NCBI GenBank assembly: GCA_964016885.1
Contig: OZ024756.1
Span: forward strand, 11,594,001 to 11,658,000
Direction of reading: 5' to 3'
Source of the DNA: Eledone cirrhosa
Lineage: Eukaryota
Length of the DNA: 64,000 nt
A program made the translations under genes and the position numbers. A model generated the notes under the pieces. It saw only the letters and a list, made by a program, of their open reading frames with translations. It was not told the DNA's origin and did not search any database. Shown in pieces: positions 30,866 to 42,497 of this stretch; position 1 is the first letter of the stretch, and the number at the start of each line of letters is the position of its first letter.

Positions 30866-31273
30866 ATATTAATAAATGGAAACTATATTTATAAAACCAT
30901 AATTATTTTATATATATTTCAAGGGCGACCAAGGTAAATTATGGTGCGCTTTCATCAGATAAAATACAGATTTGTTTTACGAATAAATATTGACATACCC
31001 GGAAAAAAGACAACCTTAACGGTTGAGGTTGTCTTTTTTTCCGGGTATGTCAATATTTATTCATAAAACAAATCTGTATTTTATCTGATGAAAGCGCACC
31101 ATAATTTACCTTGGTCGCCCTTGGAATATATATAAAATAATTATGGTTTTATAAATATAGTTTCCATTTATTAATATATTGTATATTTACTCCACTAATC
31201 TGTTGAGTGCTTTATATTAGTTATAAAAATGTTTAAGCTTGTTGAATCCCAACAAATTAAATATAACCTCTGC
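30866..31273. mobile_element. 312-bp near-perfect palindrome plus tail; Penelope inverted-pLTR-like with a hammerhead-like core in each arm
   Basis: Arms 30866-31020 and 31022-31177; CTGATGA at 31085-31091 (+) and its mirror on the minus strand; flanked by (TA)n. Confidence 0.7.
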
Positions 31274-31639
31274 ATATATATATATATATATATATATATT
31301 TAATACAATAACAGAGATAGTTTAAAGCTAAACTCTGACTGGTAACCATCTCACTCAACAAACATTAGGTTATATTAAAATATAAACCCAATTTAAGTGT
31401 ATGGGGTGCTAACAATATGTATAATGTGGAAAAACCAGTTGTATTATTTTATGAGATATAATTAAAGTTAAAGTATATCTTTCCAAACAATTGTTTCATT
31501 ATAAGTTTTCTACAAGTTTGGGAGAATGTTTCCAGTTTATGTAGAAGCCTAATATATAATCATGTAAGAATATATTTAGGTGGGCACTTATAAATCATCA
31601 GTGGAAGCCCATTAAACATTGATATAAGAAAACAATTTC

Positions 31640-31760
31640 TTACCGCTGTCAAAAATCATGTCCGTAAAGTTGCTCTCTCTCACCTCGAATGACCGCCAAA
31701 TTTGAAATTCTAGCAGTTTTTGACTGAGGAAGTATCATAGCGACACAAAGCGGGAAGGGG
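31640..31760 (-). promoter_or_regulatory. Candidate promoter and first exon with E2F and CHR-like motifs
   Basis: CpG-retaining unique patch; ccgccaaaTTTGAA (31693-31706), gcgggaa (31750-31756); minus-strand ATG at 31659 and donor G|GTAAGA at 31644/31643. Confidence 0.35.
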
Positions 31761-31794
31761 AGACAACCCACGATCCGCGAAATGAGGAAAAAAA

Positions 31795-32285
31795 AAATAA
31801 TATACACACGGGTTAATTAGTTTTTTTTTAAAACATTATCAATCCAACGTGTTTAAGAACTCAATTGAAAATAAAAAAATAAATATATGCTTGTATAAAT
31901 TACACACGCATATAGATATTTTCTTAGGCTAAATCAGAAGTTGTACCCGAATAAGAACCGCTTCTCATAACCGCAGTAAATGCAGAAAGTTATGCTATAA
32001 AGGGCAAATGGGAATATAATTCTCCGGCCGAATTATTAAGAGTAAAATATAAAACACGCGGGTTAATTAGTTATTTCAAAACCAATATTAATTCCCCGTG
32101 TAAAGAACTCAATTAATAAAAGAAAATAAATACATATATGCATGTAATTATATACGTAGGCATATATATATATTTTCCTAGGCTAAAAAACAGAAGTTAC
32201 AACCAAAAAAAACCCCAATATTTCACAACAGTAATAAATACGAAAAGTCAAATTCATAAGGTACCTGGAAATAAAAACCTCTGGC
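31795..32285. repeat. Diverged ~250-bp tandem duplication
   Basis: cac.cgggttaattagtt...aagaactcaatt...taggctaaa..cagaagtt recurs at about 31806 and 32055. Confidence 0.7.
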
Positions 32286-32286
32286 C

Positions 32287-32318
<32 letters not shown>

Positions 32319-32320
32319 AT

Positions 32321-32592
32321 ATCAAAAGATGGTTAAAAGAGTTCCATGTATTTTATTATGTGCATTTCAAAAACAAATATCATCATGCAATAACATTTGT
32401 GTTTTCATCAGATAAAATAGGAAGACATGATATGAAGGTTAAAGAACACTTGTGAATAGTGCAGTTTTAAATCAACTCTTTTAACCATATTTTGATATAT
32501 ATTATGTATACTCCAGTCCTACAAACTGTAGAGTGCTTCTATCCGATATCTGCATTGCTTTATTGTACTACAATAAAACTCACCTCCTACAC
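32321..32592 (-). mobile_element. Family A Penelope-like pLTR element with partial inverted end
   Basis: Homologous to 5076-5265; short inverted copy aactcttttaaccatattttgat followed by tail. Confidence 0.7.
32348..32420 (-). ncRNA. Type I hammerhead ribozyme (family A, second copy)
   Basis: ctattttat-CTGATGA-stem II-GAAA-tgcaca-TA|ataaaatac; one substitution in the stem III palindrome. Confidence 0.75.
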
Positions 32593-32763
32593 ATATATAT
32601 ATATGCTGATAAAAAGCGCCAAGTAAAACACTTATTCCTCAATCAGAACAGTTTTACTTGGCTAAGTGTTAAATGTTGTTCTAGATTTCACTTTATTAGC
32701 TTAGTTTAGTTTGGCATAGTCGGAATGTCTTTGGATCTTTTTTTTCTTTTATAAATGTGTATG

Positions 32764-32795
<32 letters not shown>

Positions 32796-32824
32796 AATGT
32801 GTATGTATGTGTATATATATATTT

Positions 32825-33485
32825 TTTTTTACTGGAACATTCCACCAGTACTCTTTCATATTATGTACATGGATGTCTTCCACATTGCTGTAACTTTTAA
32901 TGTGTTTATTATCGGGGCTATCTTTTTTACGAACTGCATTGTACAGTGTGTTGCCACTACATCATGCCTCAAAGGTAGATAGTACCGCGATGACATCTTT
33001 GGACAGCTGCTGATGACGTGGGTGATATCCTCGATGTTAGTTCTGCAGAGTCTGCACTTGTTATTATATCTAGGTGTTTTGCCTGCATCCCTATCTTTTT
33101 GTGAATCGGGTATTTCGTGTTAATCTCCTGTTCCTGAATTGCAGAAGCGTATCCTTCAAAGTGGGAGCCAATATAGCGGTTGTTGGTCCAAGATAGACTA
33201 CTTTCCTTATCTATATTTCTCTCACTCGGGAGCTTCCTGGCAACATATCCATGCATGATCTTTTGCTGATAAGGATGCAGTTTTTCATCCATGGATTCAC
33301 TGCGATACTGCTGAGCAACATCCCTGGGTGTGAGTTTTTGATTATCACACAGGGAATATCTCTCGAGGAGTTCCTTCCCAACTCTCATGATCTTATCTGT
33401 TTCATGCAGATAGACTTACTCGAGAAACGGGCTCCTACGCTTCGAGGTTCGTAGATGTTGTCGGAGAGATATGATGCGACATTTA
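32825..33485 (-). mobile_element. Internal fragment of R4/Dong-type (restriction-like endonuclease) non-LTR retrotransposon, frameshifted
   Basis: KCRIISLRQHL, MHGY, SHFEGYASAIQEQEINTKY, CRLC...THVISSC (CCHC), RHDVVA, EYWWNVPV motifs across frames. Confidence 0.8.
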
Positions 33486-33531
33486 AATGTATGTATGTAT
33501 GCACGTATGTATGTATTTATGTATGTATGTA

Positions 33532-33773
33532 AACCAGTTCTTCTTTTTGGACAAATGCATTCGATGTTCAGAGAGTGGTATTGGCCCCGTGAAAAGCCTT
33601 TCCTCACTTAAAAAAGTTTCAGGTACAGGTATCACTTGATGTGTGACAAACTTCTTTGCAATGCATGGCGTTGCTGGCCGTAGGCAAGTCCCTAGCAGGA
33701 CTAAAAAGCCACATCCGTATGGATGTATTAAGTATTAAGCAAAGACATTACTTGAAATCGAGTTGCAGACATT
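33532..33773 (+). mobile_element. Old truncated copy of bipartite RTE-derived element
   Basis: gttcttctttttgg...agagagtgg and KSLAGLKSH match the two copies downstream. Confidence 0.6.
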
Positions 33774-33802
33774 GTATGTATGTATGTATGTATGTATGTA
33801 TG

Positions 33803-34403
33803 TCATCAGTTGTCAGGTCACCAGTTGGTGCTACTGGTAACATGTATCCCAGTACAACCTATCTCATGGTCAGGTCGTTGGCGACTAAACTGGCAACCCC
33901 ACCAAGGTTTCTTTGGACATCCTGCAGGACTAAAAACAAAACCTGTCAAAGGGCAAAGGAGCTCTTAAGAGTCAATGGCCATCCAAAATCACCGGGAGAG
34001 ATGACCCCTTAGCCTTTGTTAAGGCAGAATTCTAGGAGAAGGAAAACTCTGATATAACACCTGCAACCCTGATGGTATCCAATGATGTGGACTTGTTCTT
34101 CTTTTTGGTAAATATCATCTTGGTTAAGAGAGTGGGACTGGCTTTGTGCAGTGCCCTTGCTCACTATAAAAGCTTCACTGCACAGGCATTGCTTTATATC
34201 TGGAGATCTCTCTGCACTTGTCGTCACATGGTACCAAGGGCCCAGCACTATGTGTCAATAATTGTCACAAGTGTAGTGTTTGTACCAGAGTTTTCAAGTC
34301 GCTGGCTGGACTAAAAAGTCACACTCGTTCAGCGCATCGGTAGGGGTTCTCCTACATGGATATAAAGTAGTAGCCGTACTCGAAAACGAGTTGGCAGCCA
34401 CCA
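33803..34403 (+). mobile_element. ~600-bp bipartite RTE-derived non-autonomous retroelement, copy A
   Basis: RTE-5'UTR-like ctaggagaaggaaaactctga; 3' C2H2 finger remnant; microsatellite tail; highly similar to 34635-35243. Confidence 0.7.
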
Positions 34404-34634
34404 TGTGTATATATATATATAAATATGTATATGTATGTGCATATATGTGTGTATGTATGTGTATATATGTATGTGCATGTATGTATATATGTGTGTGTAT
34501 ATAAACATATGTGTGTGTGCGTATGTACTCTTTTACTCTTTTACCTGTTTCAGCCATCCGGCTGAGGCCATGTGTGTGTGTGTGTGTATATATATATGGA
34601 TGTGTGCGTGTATGTATGTATGTATATGTATTAT

Positions 34635-35242
34635 GTCAGGTCACCAGTTGGTGCTACTGGTAACATGTATCCCAGTACAACCTGACCCATGGTCGGGTCG
34701 TTGGCGACTAAACTGGCAACCCCACCAAGGTTTCTTGGTGAGGAGGGTGACTTTGGACATCCTGCAGGACTAAAAACAAGACCTGTCAAAGGGCAAAGGA
34801 GCTCTTAAGAGTCAATGGCCATCCAAAATCACCGGGAGAGATGACCCTTTAGCCTTTGTCAAGGCAGAATTCTAGGAGAAGGAAAACTCTGATATAACAC
34901 CTGCAACTCTGATGGTATCCAATGATGTTGACTTGTTCTTCTTTTTGGTAAATATCATCTTGGTTAAGAGAGTGGGACTGGCTTTGTGCAGTGCCTTTGC
35001 TCACTATAAAAGCTTCACGGCACAGGCATTGCTTTCTATCTGGAGATCTCTCTACACTTGTCGTCACAGGGTACCATGGGCCCAGCACTATGTGCCAATA
35101 ATTGTCACAAGTGTAGTGTTTGTACCAGAGATTTCAAGTCGCTGGCTGGACTAAAAAGTCACACTCGTTCAGCGCATCGGTAGGGGTTCTCCTATATGGA
35201 TATAAAGTAGTGGCCGTACTCGAAAACGAGTTGGCAGCCACC

Positions 35243-35243
<1 letters not shown>
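34635..35243 (+). mobile_element. Bipartite RTE-derived non-autonomous retroelement, copy B
   Basis: As copy A; CHKCSVCTRDFKSLAGLKSHTRSAHR* encoded at 35103-35183. Confidence 0.7.
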
Positions 35244-35295
<52 letters not shown>

Positions 35296-35524
35296 GGTGT
35301 GTGTGTGTGTATGTATATATATATGGGTGTGTGTGTGTATGTATATATATATGGGTGTGTGTGTGTGTGTATGTATATATATATATATGGGTGTGTGTGT
35401 GTATGTATATATATATATGGGTGTGTGTGTGTATGTATGTATGTATATATATACATATGTATGTATGTATATATATACATATATATACATACATATATAC
35501 ATACATATATACATATATATATAC

Positions 35525-36997
35525 AAGGAGGGCAAGGCTCATGGAGAGGATGGAGTGGCATCAGAGGTGATGAAGTGGTGTGATTTTGATGATATCATCC
35601 TGGGGTTCTGTAACGGGGCACTGGAGAAAGGAGTTGCCCCGAATCAGTGGAGGATCAGTAACATCGTCCCAGTGCCAAAGAAGGGAGATCTCTCTAACAC
35701 CAACAACTACCGGGGGATCTCACTGACGTCACTTGTGGCAAAGACCCTCAACAGGATGATTCTTAACGGGATCCAGCCTGAGATGGAGAAGAAGCTCAGG
35801 GACAACCAGAACGGCTTCAGAGAGGGTAGATCAACCACCAGTCACATCCTGATGCTGAGGAGGATATTAGAGGGAGCTAGAGCAAAGTGCCTTCCTGCGG
35901 TCATGGTTTTCATTGACTTTAGGAAGGCCTTTGATTCTGTGGACCGTTACTGCCTGATGAAGATCTTACAGGCTTATGGAATCCCCAAGAGGATAGTGGA
36001 CCTGATATCACTGCTGTACACCAACACCAAAGCCCAAGTCATTACACCTGATGGGATGACAGAGTTCTTTGAGATACTGGCTGGAGTGCTCCAGGGAGAT
36101 ACATTGGCTCCCTACCTTTTTATCATCGTAGTGGACTATTGTATGCGCCTTGCACTGGAGAAACACCAGGACTCTGGCTTTACTGTAGCACCGGCTCAGA
36201 GCAGGAGAGTTGGGGCGAAAAAGGTATCGGATGCTGAATTTGCCGACGACATAGTTTTGGTGACAAATACAGTGAAGGAGGCAGAGGATTTGATGCGGGA
36301 GGTTGAGACTGTGTCGATGAGTGTGGGGCTGAGAATGAATGAGACTAAAACAAAATATCTGGTAGAGAATGTTGAGAAGCCAGAGGGGATCACTAATGTA
36401 GGCGGGAAGCCGCTGGAATTGGTTGAGGACTTCCTGTATTTGGGAGCAAAGATTGGGAATACGGAAGATGATGTGGTTGAGAGGAAGAGCAAGGCTTGGG
36501 CGGCGTGCCACAGCTTGAGATCGGTGTGGAAGTCGGACCTTCGTAGAGACCTGAAAATCCGCCTCTTCATTGCTGTAGTGGAGTCTGTGCTGCTGTATGG
36601 GTCTGAGACTTGGACACTGACCAAGAGACTCACTCAGATGGTGGATGGGTGCTACACGAGAATGCTGAGGATGGCTCTGAACATTAATCAGTATACACTG
36701 AGGATGAAAAACTCAGAGCTGTATGGGAGCCTCCCAAAAGTCAGCTCAAAAGTGACACAGAGGAGACTGAGGTTGGCTGGACATGCTCACCGACATCCAG
36801 AGTTGACATTGCACTCAGTGCTCCTTTGGGAGCCCCTACATGGACACACTGGAAGAGGAAGACCAAGGTTAACATATGTTGATGCCCTAAGGACAGACAC
36901 TGGTCTGTTGGAGACGCAGGACATGGCAGCGATAATGAGGGACAGAGACCGCTGGAGAGAACTCGTCCATGGATCTCGGGAATTTTACCCGCCTTAG
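35525..36997 (+). CDS. Reverse transcriptase ORF of 5'-truncated RTE-clade LINE (about 490 uninterrupted codons)
   Basis: KAHGEDG, PKKGD...[63 protein letters not shown]; (TAGA)n tail; no endonuclease domain or start codon. Confidence 0.95.
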   Translation, partial: KEGKAHGEDGVASEVMKWCDFDDIILGFCNGALEKGVAPNQWRISNIVPVPKKGDLSNTNNYRGISLTSLVAKTLNRMILNGIQPEMEKKLRDNQNGFREGRSTTSHILMLRRILEGARAKCLPAVMVFIDFRKAFDSVDRYCLMKILQAYGIPKRIVDLISLLYTNTKAQVITPDGMTEFFEILAGVLQGDTLAPYLFIIVVDYCMRLALEKHQDSGFTVAPAQSRRVGAKKVSDAEFADDIVLVTNTVKEAEDLMREVETVSMSVGLRMNETKTKYLVENVEKPEGITNVGGKPLELVEDFLYLGAKIGNTEDDVVERKSKAWAACHSLRSVWKSDLRRDLKIRLFIAVVESVLLYGSETWTLTKRLTQMVDGCYTRMLRMALNINQYTLRMKNSELYGSLPKVSSKVTQRRLRLAGHAHRHPELTLHSVLLWEPLHGHTGRGRPRLTYVDALRTDTGLLETQDMAAIMRDRDRWRELVHGSREFYPP

Positions 36998-37005
36998 ATA
37001 GATAG

Positions 37006-37044
<39 letters not shown>

Positions 37045-37053
<9 letters not shown>

Positions 37054-37272
37054 AGATCAAAAGATGGTTAAAGGAGTTCCATGTATTTTATTATGCGCAT
37101 TTCAAAAACAAACATGTTTGTTTTTGAAATGCGCATAATAAAATACATGGAACTCCTTTAACCATCTTTTGATCTTATATATTATGTATACTCCAGTCCT
37201 ACAAACTGTAGAGTGCTTCTTATCCGATATCTGCATTGCTTTATTGTACTACAATAAAACCCACCTCCTACA
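37045..37272. mobile_element. Family A element as a perfect 140-bp palindrome plus tail
   Basis: 37045-37184 is a perfect spacer-less inverted repeat centred at 37114/37115; tail shared with 32500-32592. Confidence 0.8.
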
Positions 37273-37789
37273 TTATATATATATCACCCAACCCAACTTG
37301 CCTCTAAATCGCCAAACCTGTATAACCCATGCTAACGTGGAAGATGGACGTTAAATGATGATGATATATATATATGTATCAATATAAATACATACATACA
37401 TACATACATATAGATATATATATACTGAATGTATTCAGGGAAGATTCTTGGTAAAATTTCTAATCAATTGTGTAGAATATCTTGTGCAATGTGCATTTTA
37501 ATTGCCTCTATTACCATTTATTGAATAGATTTTACTGATTAGAAATTAATTAGATTATTAATATTGGCAAATGGATTTTCTTATCATTTGACGACAACAT
37601 AATCCATTCCCCCCACTCTCTTCCAACCGAACTATATTTTATTTTCAATAATCATGAAGAGAAGAAAATTTCCTTCTTAAATATGAAGAGCTTTGTGTTT
37701 TCCGAGCTAACACACCTTGGTTAATTCTTTAACACTTTACTGTTTATATGAAACGGTCCTCGGTTTTGTTGGTGTGGTTGTGTCACTGA

Positions 37790-38121
37790 GAGAGAGAGAG
37801 AGAAAGAGAGTGTGTGGCTAGCTAGAGGGAGAAAAGGGGATATTGACAGTGTGTGTTTGTATCTCCGAGAGAGAGTGTGTGTGTAGCTAGATAGAGGGAG
37901 AAAAGAGAGAGATATTAAGAGAGGGGTTGACAGTGTGTGTTTGTATCTCCGAGAGAGAGTGTGTGTGTGTGTGTAGCTAGATAGAGGGAGAAAAGAGAGA
38001 GATATTAACAGAGGGGGTTGACATTGTGTGTTTGTATCTCAGAGAGAAAGAGAGTGTATAGCTAGATAGAGGGAGAAAATAGAGAGATATTAACAGAGGG
38101 GTTGACAGTGTGTGTTTGTAT

Positions 38122-38156
<35 letters not shown>

Positions 38157-38578
38157 TGTGGTTAGATAGAGGGAGAAAAGAGAGAGATATTAACAGAGGG
38201 GGTTGACATTGTGTGTTTGTATCTCAGAGAGGGAGAGAGAGTGTGTGGTTAGATAGAGGGAGAAAAGAGAGAGATATTAACAGAGGGGGTTGACATTGTG
38301 TGTTTGTATCTCCGAGGGAGAGAGAGTGTGTGGTTAGATAGAGGGAGAAAATAGAGAGATATTAACAGAGAGGTTGACATTGTGCGTTTGTATCTCCGAG
38401 AGAGAGAGTGTGTGTGGTTAGATAGAGGGAGTTAAGAGAGAGATATTAACAGAGGGGTTGACAGTGTGTGTTTGTATCTCAGAGAGAGAGAGAAAGAGAG
38501 TGTATAGCTAGATAGAGGGAGAAAAGAGAGAGATATTAACAGAGGTTGACAGTGTGTGTTTGTATCTCCGAGAGAGAA
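37790..38578. repeat. ~60-70-bp GA/GT minisatellite
   Basis: tagatagagggagaaaagagagagatattaacagaggggttgaca.tgtgtgtttgtatctc units. Confidence 0.92.
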
Positions 38579-38739
38579 GAGCTGTGGCTGCTTTTGTTAA
38601 ACAATTATCTCCATATCCGTTGCTTTAAAAACTATCACGTCCTTCATCTCTTCTCCATACTTTCCAGAATGTGTTGCTTAGTCAATAAATTTTGTTTACC
38701 GTGAAGATTGAAGTTGCCTTTTATGTAACAATATTCTTT

Positions 38740-40370
38740 ACAGCGCCACCCACACACACACTCAGACAGCGCCATACACACACACAGCGCCATACACACA
38801 GACAGCGCCATACACACACACAGCGCCACACACACACCACGCACACATTGCCCCCCCCCCCCCCCCCCCCCGCGCCATACGCACACTCAGCGCCATACAC
38901 ACATTGCCCCCCACACACAGCGCCATACGCACGCACGCACACAACCACACACAGCGCCATACACACATCCCCCCATACACAGCGCCATACGCACACACGT
39001 ACACACAACACCGCACACAGCGCCATACACACACACAGCGCCCACACACACACAACACCACACCACACACACACAACACAACACACAGCGCCATACACCC
39101 CCCCCCCCCCACACCACCACCACCACACACAGACGACACACGCTCGTTTATGTGTTTTATATAGATTTTAAAAATATTAGTTCCTCTGTTATCTGTCTAC
39201 TCAGGTTTGGTAAGAGTTATTTTACAATAAAATATCATCGAGGGTTTAACAAATAAACTAAGACAGTATGTCAACATTATTGTTTTGTTTGTCTGTTGTT
39301 CTCCTCTTTCTCTTTCTCTAGCTCTTTCTCTCTCTCTTTCTCTAGCTCTTTCTCTCTCTCTCTTTCTCTAGCTCTTATTCTCTCTCTTTTTCTCTAGCTC
39401 TTTCTCTCTCTCTCTTTCTCTAGCTATCTCTCCCTCTCTTTCTCTAGCTATCTCTCCCTCTCTTTCTCTAGCTATCTCTCTCTCTCTTTCTTTAGCTATA
39501 TCTCTCTCTCTCTCTAGCTCTCCCTCTCTCTCGCTAGCTCTCTCCCTCTCTCTCTAGCTCTCCCTCTCTAGCTCCCCCTCCCTCTCTCTCTCCCCCTCCC
39601 TCTCTAGTTCTCTCTCTCTCTCTATCTCTCCCTCTCTCTCTAGCTCCCCCCCCTCTCTCTCCTCCTCTCCTTTCATCTCATTGAATATTATCATAACATA
39701 AAACAGTCTCCCCTTTTGTGTCATATAAACTGCCAAACAGCAATATAATTCAGGTTTAAAAGATTAAAAATATCCCTGAAAGTACATTGAAAAAAAAAAA
39801 GAAAAAAAAAAGATACACCACCATTACCACTGCTACTACTACCACCACCACCATCACCACTACTACTACCACCATCGCCACCACCACTACTACCACCACC
39901 ACCACCATCACTACTACTATCACCACCACCTCCACCATCACCACCTCCTCCACCATCACCACCTCCTCCACCATCACCACCACCTTCACCACCACCTTCA
40001 CCACCACCTCCACCATCACCACCACCTTCACCACCACCTCCACCATCACCACCACCTCCACCATCACCACCACCTTCACCACCACCTCCACCATCACCAC
40101 CACCTCCACCATCACCACCACCTCCACCATCACCACCTCCTCCACCATCACCACCACCTTCACCACCACCTTCACCACCACCTCCACCATCACCACCACC
40201 TCCTCCATCACCACCACCACCTCCACCACCTCCACCATCACCACCACCTCCACCACCACCTCCACCATCACCACCACTACCACCACCACCACCACTACCA
40301 CCACTACCACAACCACTACCACCACTACCATCATCACCACTACTAACACCACCACCACCACCATCATCAT
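38740..40370. repeat. Series of low-complexity tracts (cagcgccatacacac; tctctagctc; (ACC)n)
   Basis: Direct inspection; short unique gaps between tracts. Confidence 0.85.
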
Positions 40371-40682
40371 CGTTTTATGCCCTGCTTTCCAAGCTATTAT
40401 GGGTTGGTTGAAATGGTGGGAGGGGGTGGCAAAAGAAGAAAAAAAACCTTCCAATTTATAGCTCAGACTGATGCAGGTTTAGCTGACCTCATAGGAGATT
40501 TCTCGGCTGTTTTAATAATACAAGTCTCCTGTCTTCTGAAGTTGTTACAGTTCACACCTATGTAAGGTGTGGCCTCTTATGAGGTTATCCTCTACTCCTA
40601 TCATGTTGATATAACTAAACCTTTGTGAAGTTTAGTTGGTATCCCATGAGCTTGTACCTCATATGGGGGTTTCTTGGCTGTT

Positions 40683-40897
40683 TTAACCCTTTAATGTTCA
40701 AACCGGCCAAAGCCGGCCAGAATTCTCTACCTCTTTCTGTTGAAACTGGCTGTAACTGGTCACTCAAACTTATGTTAAGGTATTGTTCTCAAAATAAATA
40801 CTTTCAAAATCTCATAGCTTCGATATTATGTGAGATAAAGCCTTTACAATGAAAATATAATAGTATATATAGAGTAATGTAAATGCTAAAGGGTTAA
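40683..40897 (+). mobile_element. piggyBac-type MITE
   Basis: TTAA target duplication and CCCTTTA/TAAAGGG termini. Confidence 0.88.
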
Positions 40898-40924
40898 TAA
40901 TAGATGTTTCTAATCCTATGGTTT

Positions 40925-41430
40925 TGTTGTTACAGCTCACACCTATGTAGGGTTAGCTGTCCTCTTATGAAGTTAACTCCAGTCCTATCATGTTGTTACA
41001 GCTCACACCTATGTAGAGTTAGTTGGCCTATTATGAGGTTACCTCCAGTTCTATCATGTTGTTACAGCTCACACCTATGTAGGGTTAGCTGTCCTCTTAT
41101 GAGGTTACCTCCAGTCCTATCATGTTGTTACAGCTCACACCTATGTAGGGTTAGCTGTCCTCTTATGAGGCTACTTCCAGTTCTATCATGTTGTTACAGC
41201 TCACACCTATGTAGGGTTAGTTGGCCTATCATGAGGTTACCTCCAGTCCTATCATGTTGTTACAGCTCACACCTATGTAGGGTTAGCTGTCCTCTTATGA
41301 GGTTACCTCCAGTCCTATCATGTTGTTACAGCTCACACCTATGTAGGGTTAGTTGGCCTATTATAAGGTTACCTCCAGTTCTATCATATTATTATAGCTC
41401 ACACCTATGTAGGTTTTGTTGGCCTTCTAT
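40925..41430. repeat. 66-bp tandem repeat, about 7.5 copies
   Basis: tgttgttacagctcacacctatgtagggttagctgtcctcttatgaggttacctccagtcctatca. Confidence 0.95.
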
Positions 41431-41673
41431 GAGGTTGTATCTCATAGGAGGTTTTCCAAGTGTTTTAATCATAGAGGCCTCCAGTCTTATGTAAAATCAA
41501 ATGTAAAATCAAAGCATCGTGCTTAAGAACACAGCAGTGTGCCTGAAACAAGAATCAAACTCATGTCCTTATGATTGTTATCCGGTCACCCTAACCACTA
41601 AGCCACATGGTTTCATGTGTTGGTTGAAACTGTTTTGACTGCTGTGTGTGTTATATTCCTAAAAATAAATTTC

Positions 41674-41897
41674 TTAACCCTTTAGCATTTAAACCGGCTG
41701 TATCCAGCCAGAAATATCTCCCCTCTTTCTGTTCAAACTTGCTGTAACTGGCCACTCATGCTGATGTTAAAGTATTGTTCTCAAAATAAATATCATCAAA
41801 ATCTTGTAGATTCGATATTAGGTGAGATAATTATATAAAATAAAGCCTTTATCACACAACTACAATATTATATATACAGTAAATGGTAGAGGGTTAA
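41674..41897 (+). mobile_element. piggyBac-type MITE
   Basis: TTAA-CCCTTTAGCATT...AGGG-TTAA. Confidence 0.85.
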
Positions 41898-42189
41898 ATA
41901 TACATCAAGTTGACTGGCTTTTAGAAATATCTTGTGATTATTTTGTGATTCAACCAAGCTCCTCTCCACCCTGGCCCACCATAACAACACTATCAGCCAG
42001 CTCCCCTCCACTATAACGACACTGTTAGCCAGCTCCCCTCCACCTTGGCCCACCATAACGACACTGTTAATGCGGGATTTGTGCAGAGTTTTTAAAGTTT
42101 AATTTCATATCATTTCAAGCAGTTAAACTTAGGATTTCAGAGTTTATTATTTCACTTTGGAAGTAGTAGTAGTAACAGTAATGGTGGTG

Positions 42190-42231
<42 letters not shown>

Positions 42232-42497
42232 ACAGTAATGGTGGTGGTGGTGGTGGTGGTGGTAGTAGTAGTAGTAGTAGTAACAGTAATAATAGTGGCA
42301 GTAGTAGTAGTAGGGTGGAGTCTTGGAAAATTTAATTTTAATAGTCTTTATAGCTAAGAAAAACCTTTGTGAGTCATCACAGTAAAATTTTAATAATTCT
42401 TTATCAACAACCAATAATATAATGGAATTTTCTACCATTTTCTTCTCTTACTTTTGCTAATGGTTTTATTTAACTCTTTTAATATCAACCCACTCGA

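Noticed and set aside
35120-35524. N-terminal part of the 625-aa ORF
   Set aside because: Read-through of another element and a microsatellite; RT similarity starts at about 35525
39787-40461. Mucin-like Thr-rich ORF (also poly-Val/Tyr/His ORFs elsewhere)
   Set aside because: Trinucleotide microsatellite with no splice or domain support
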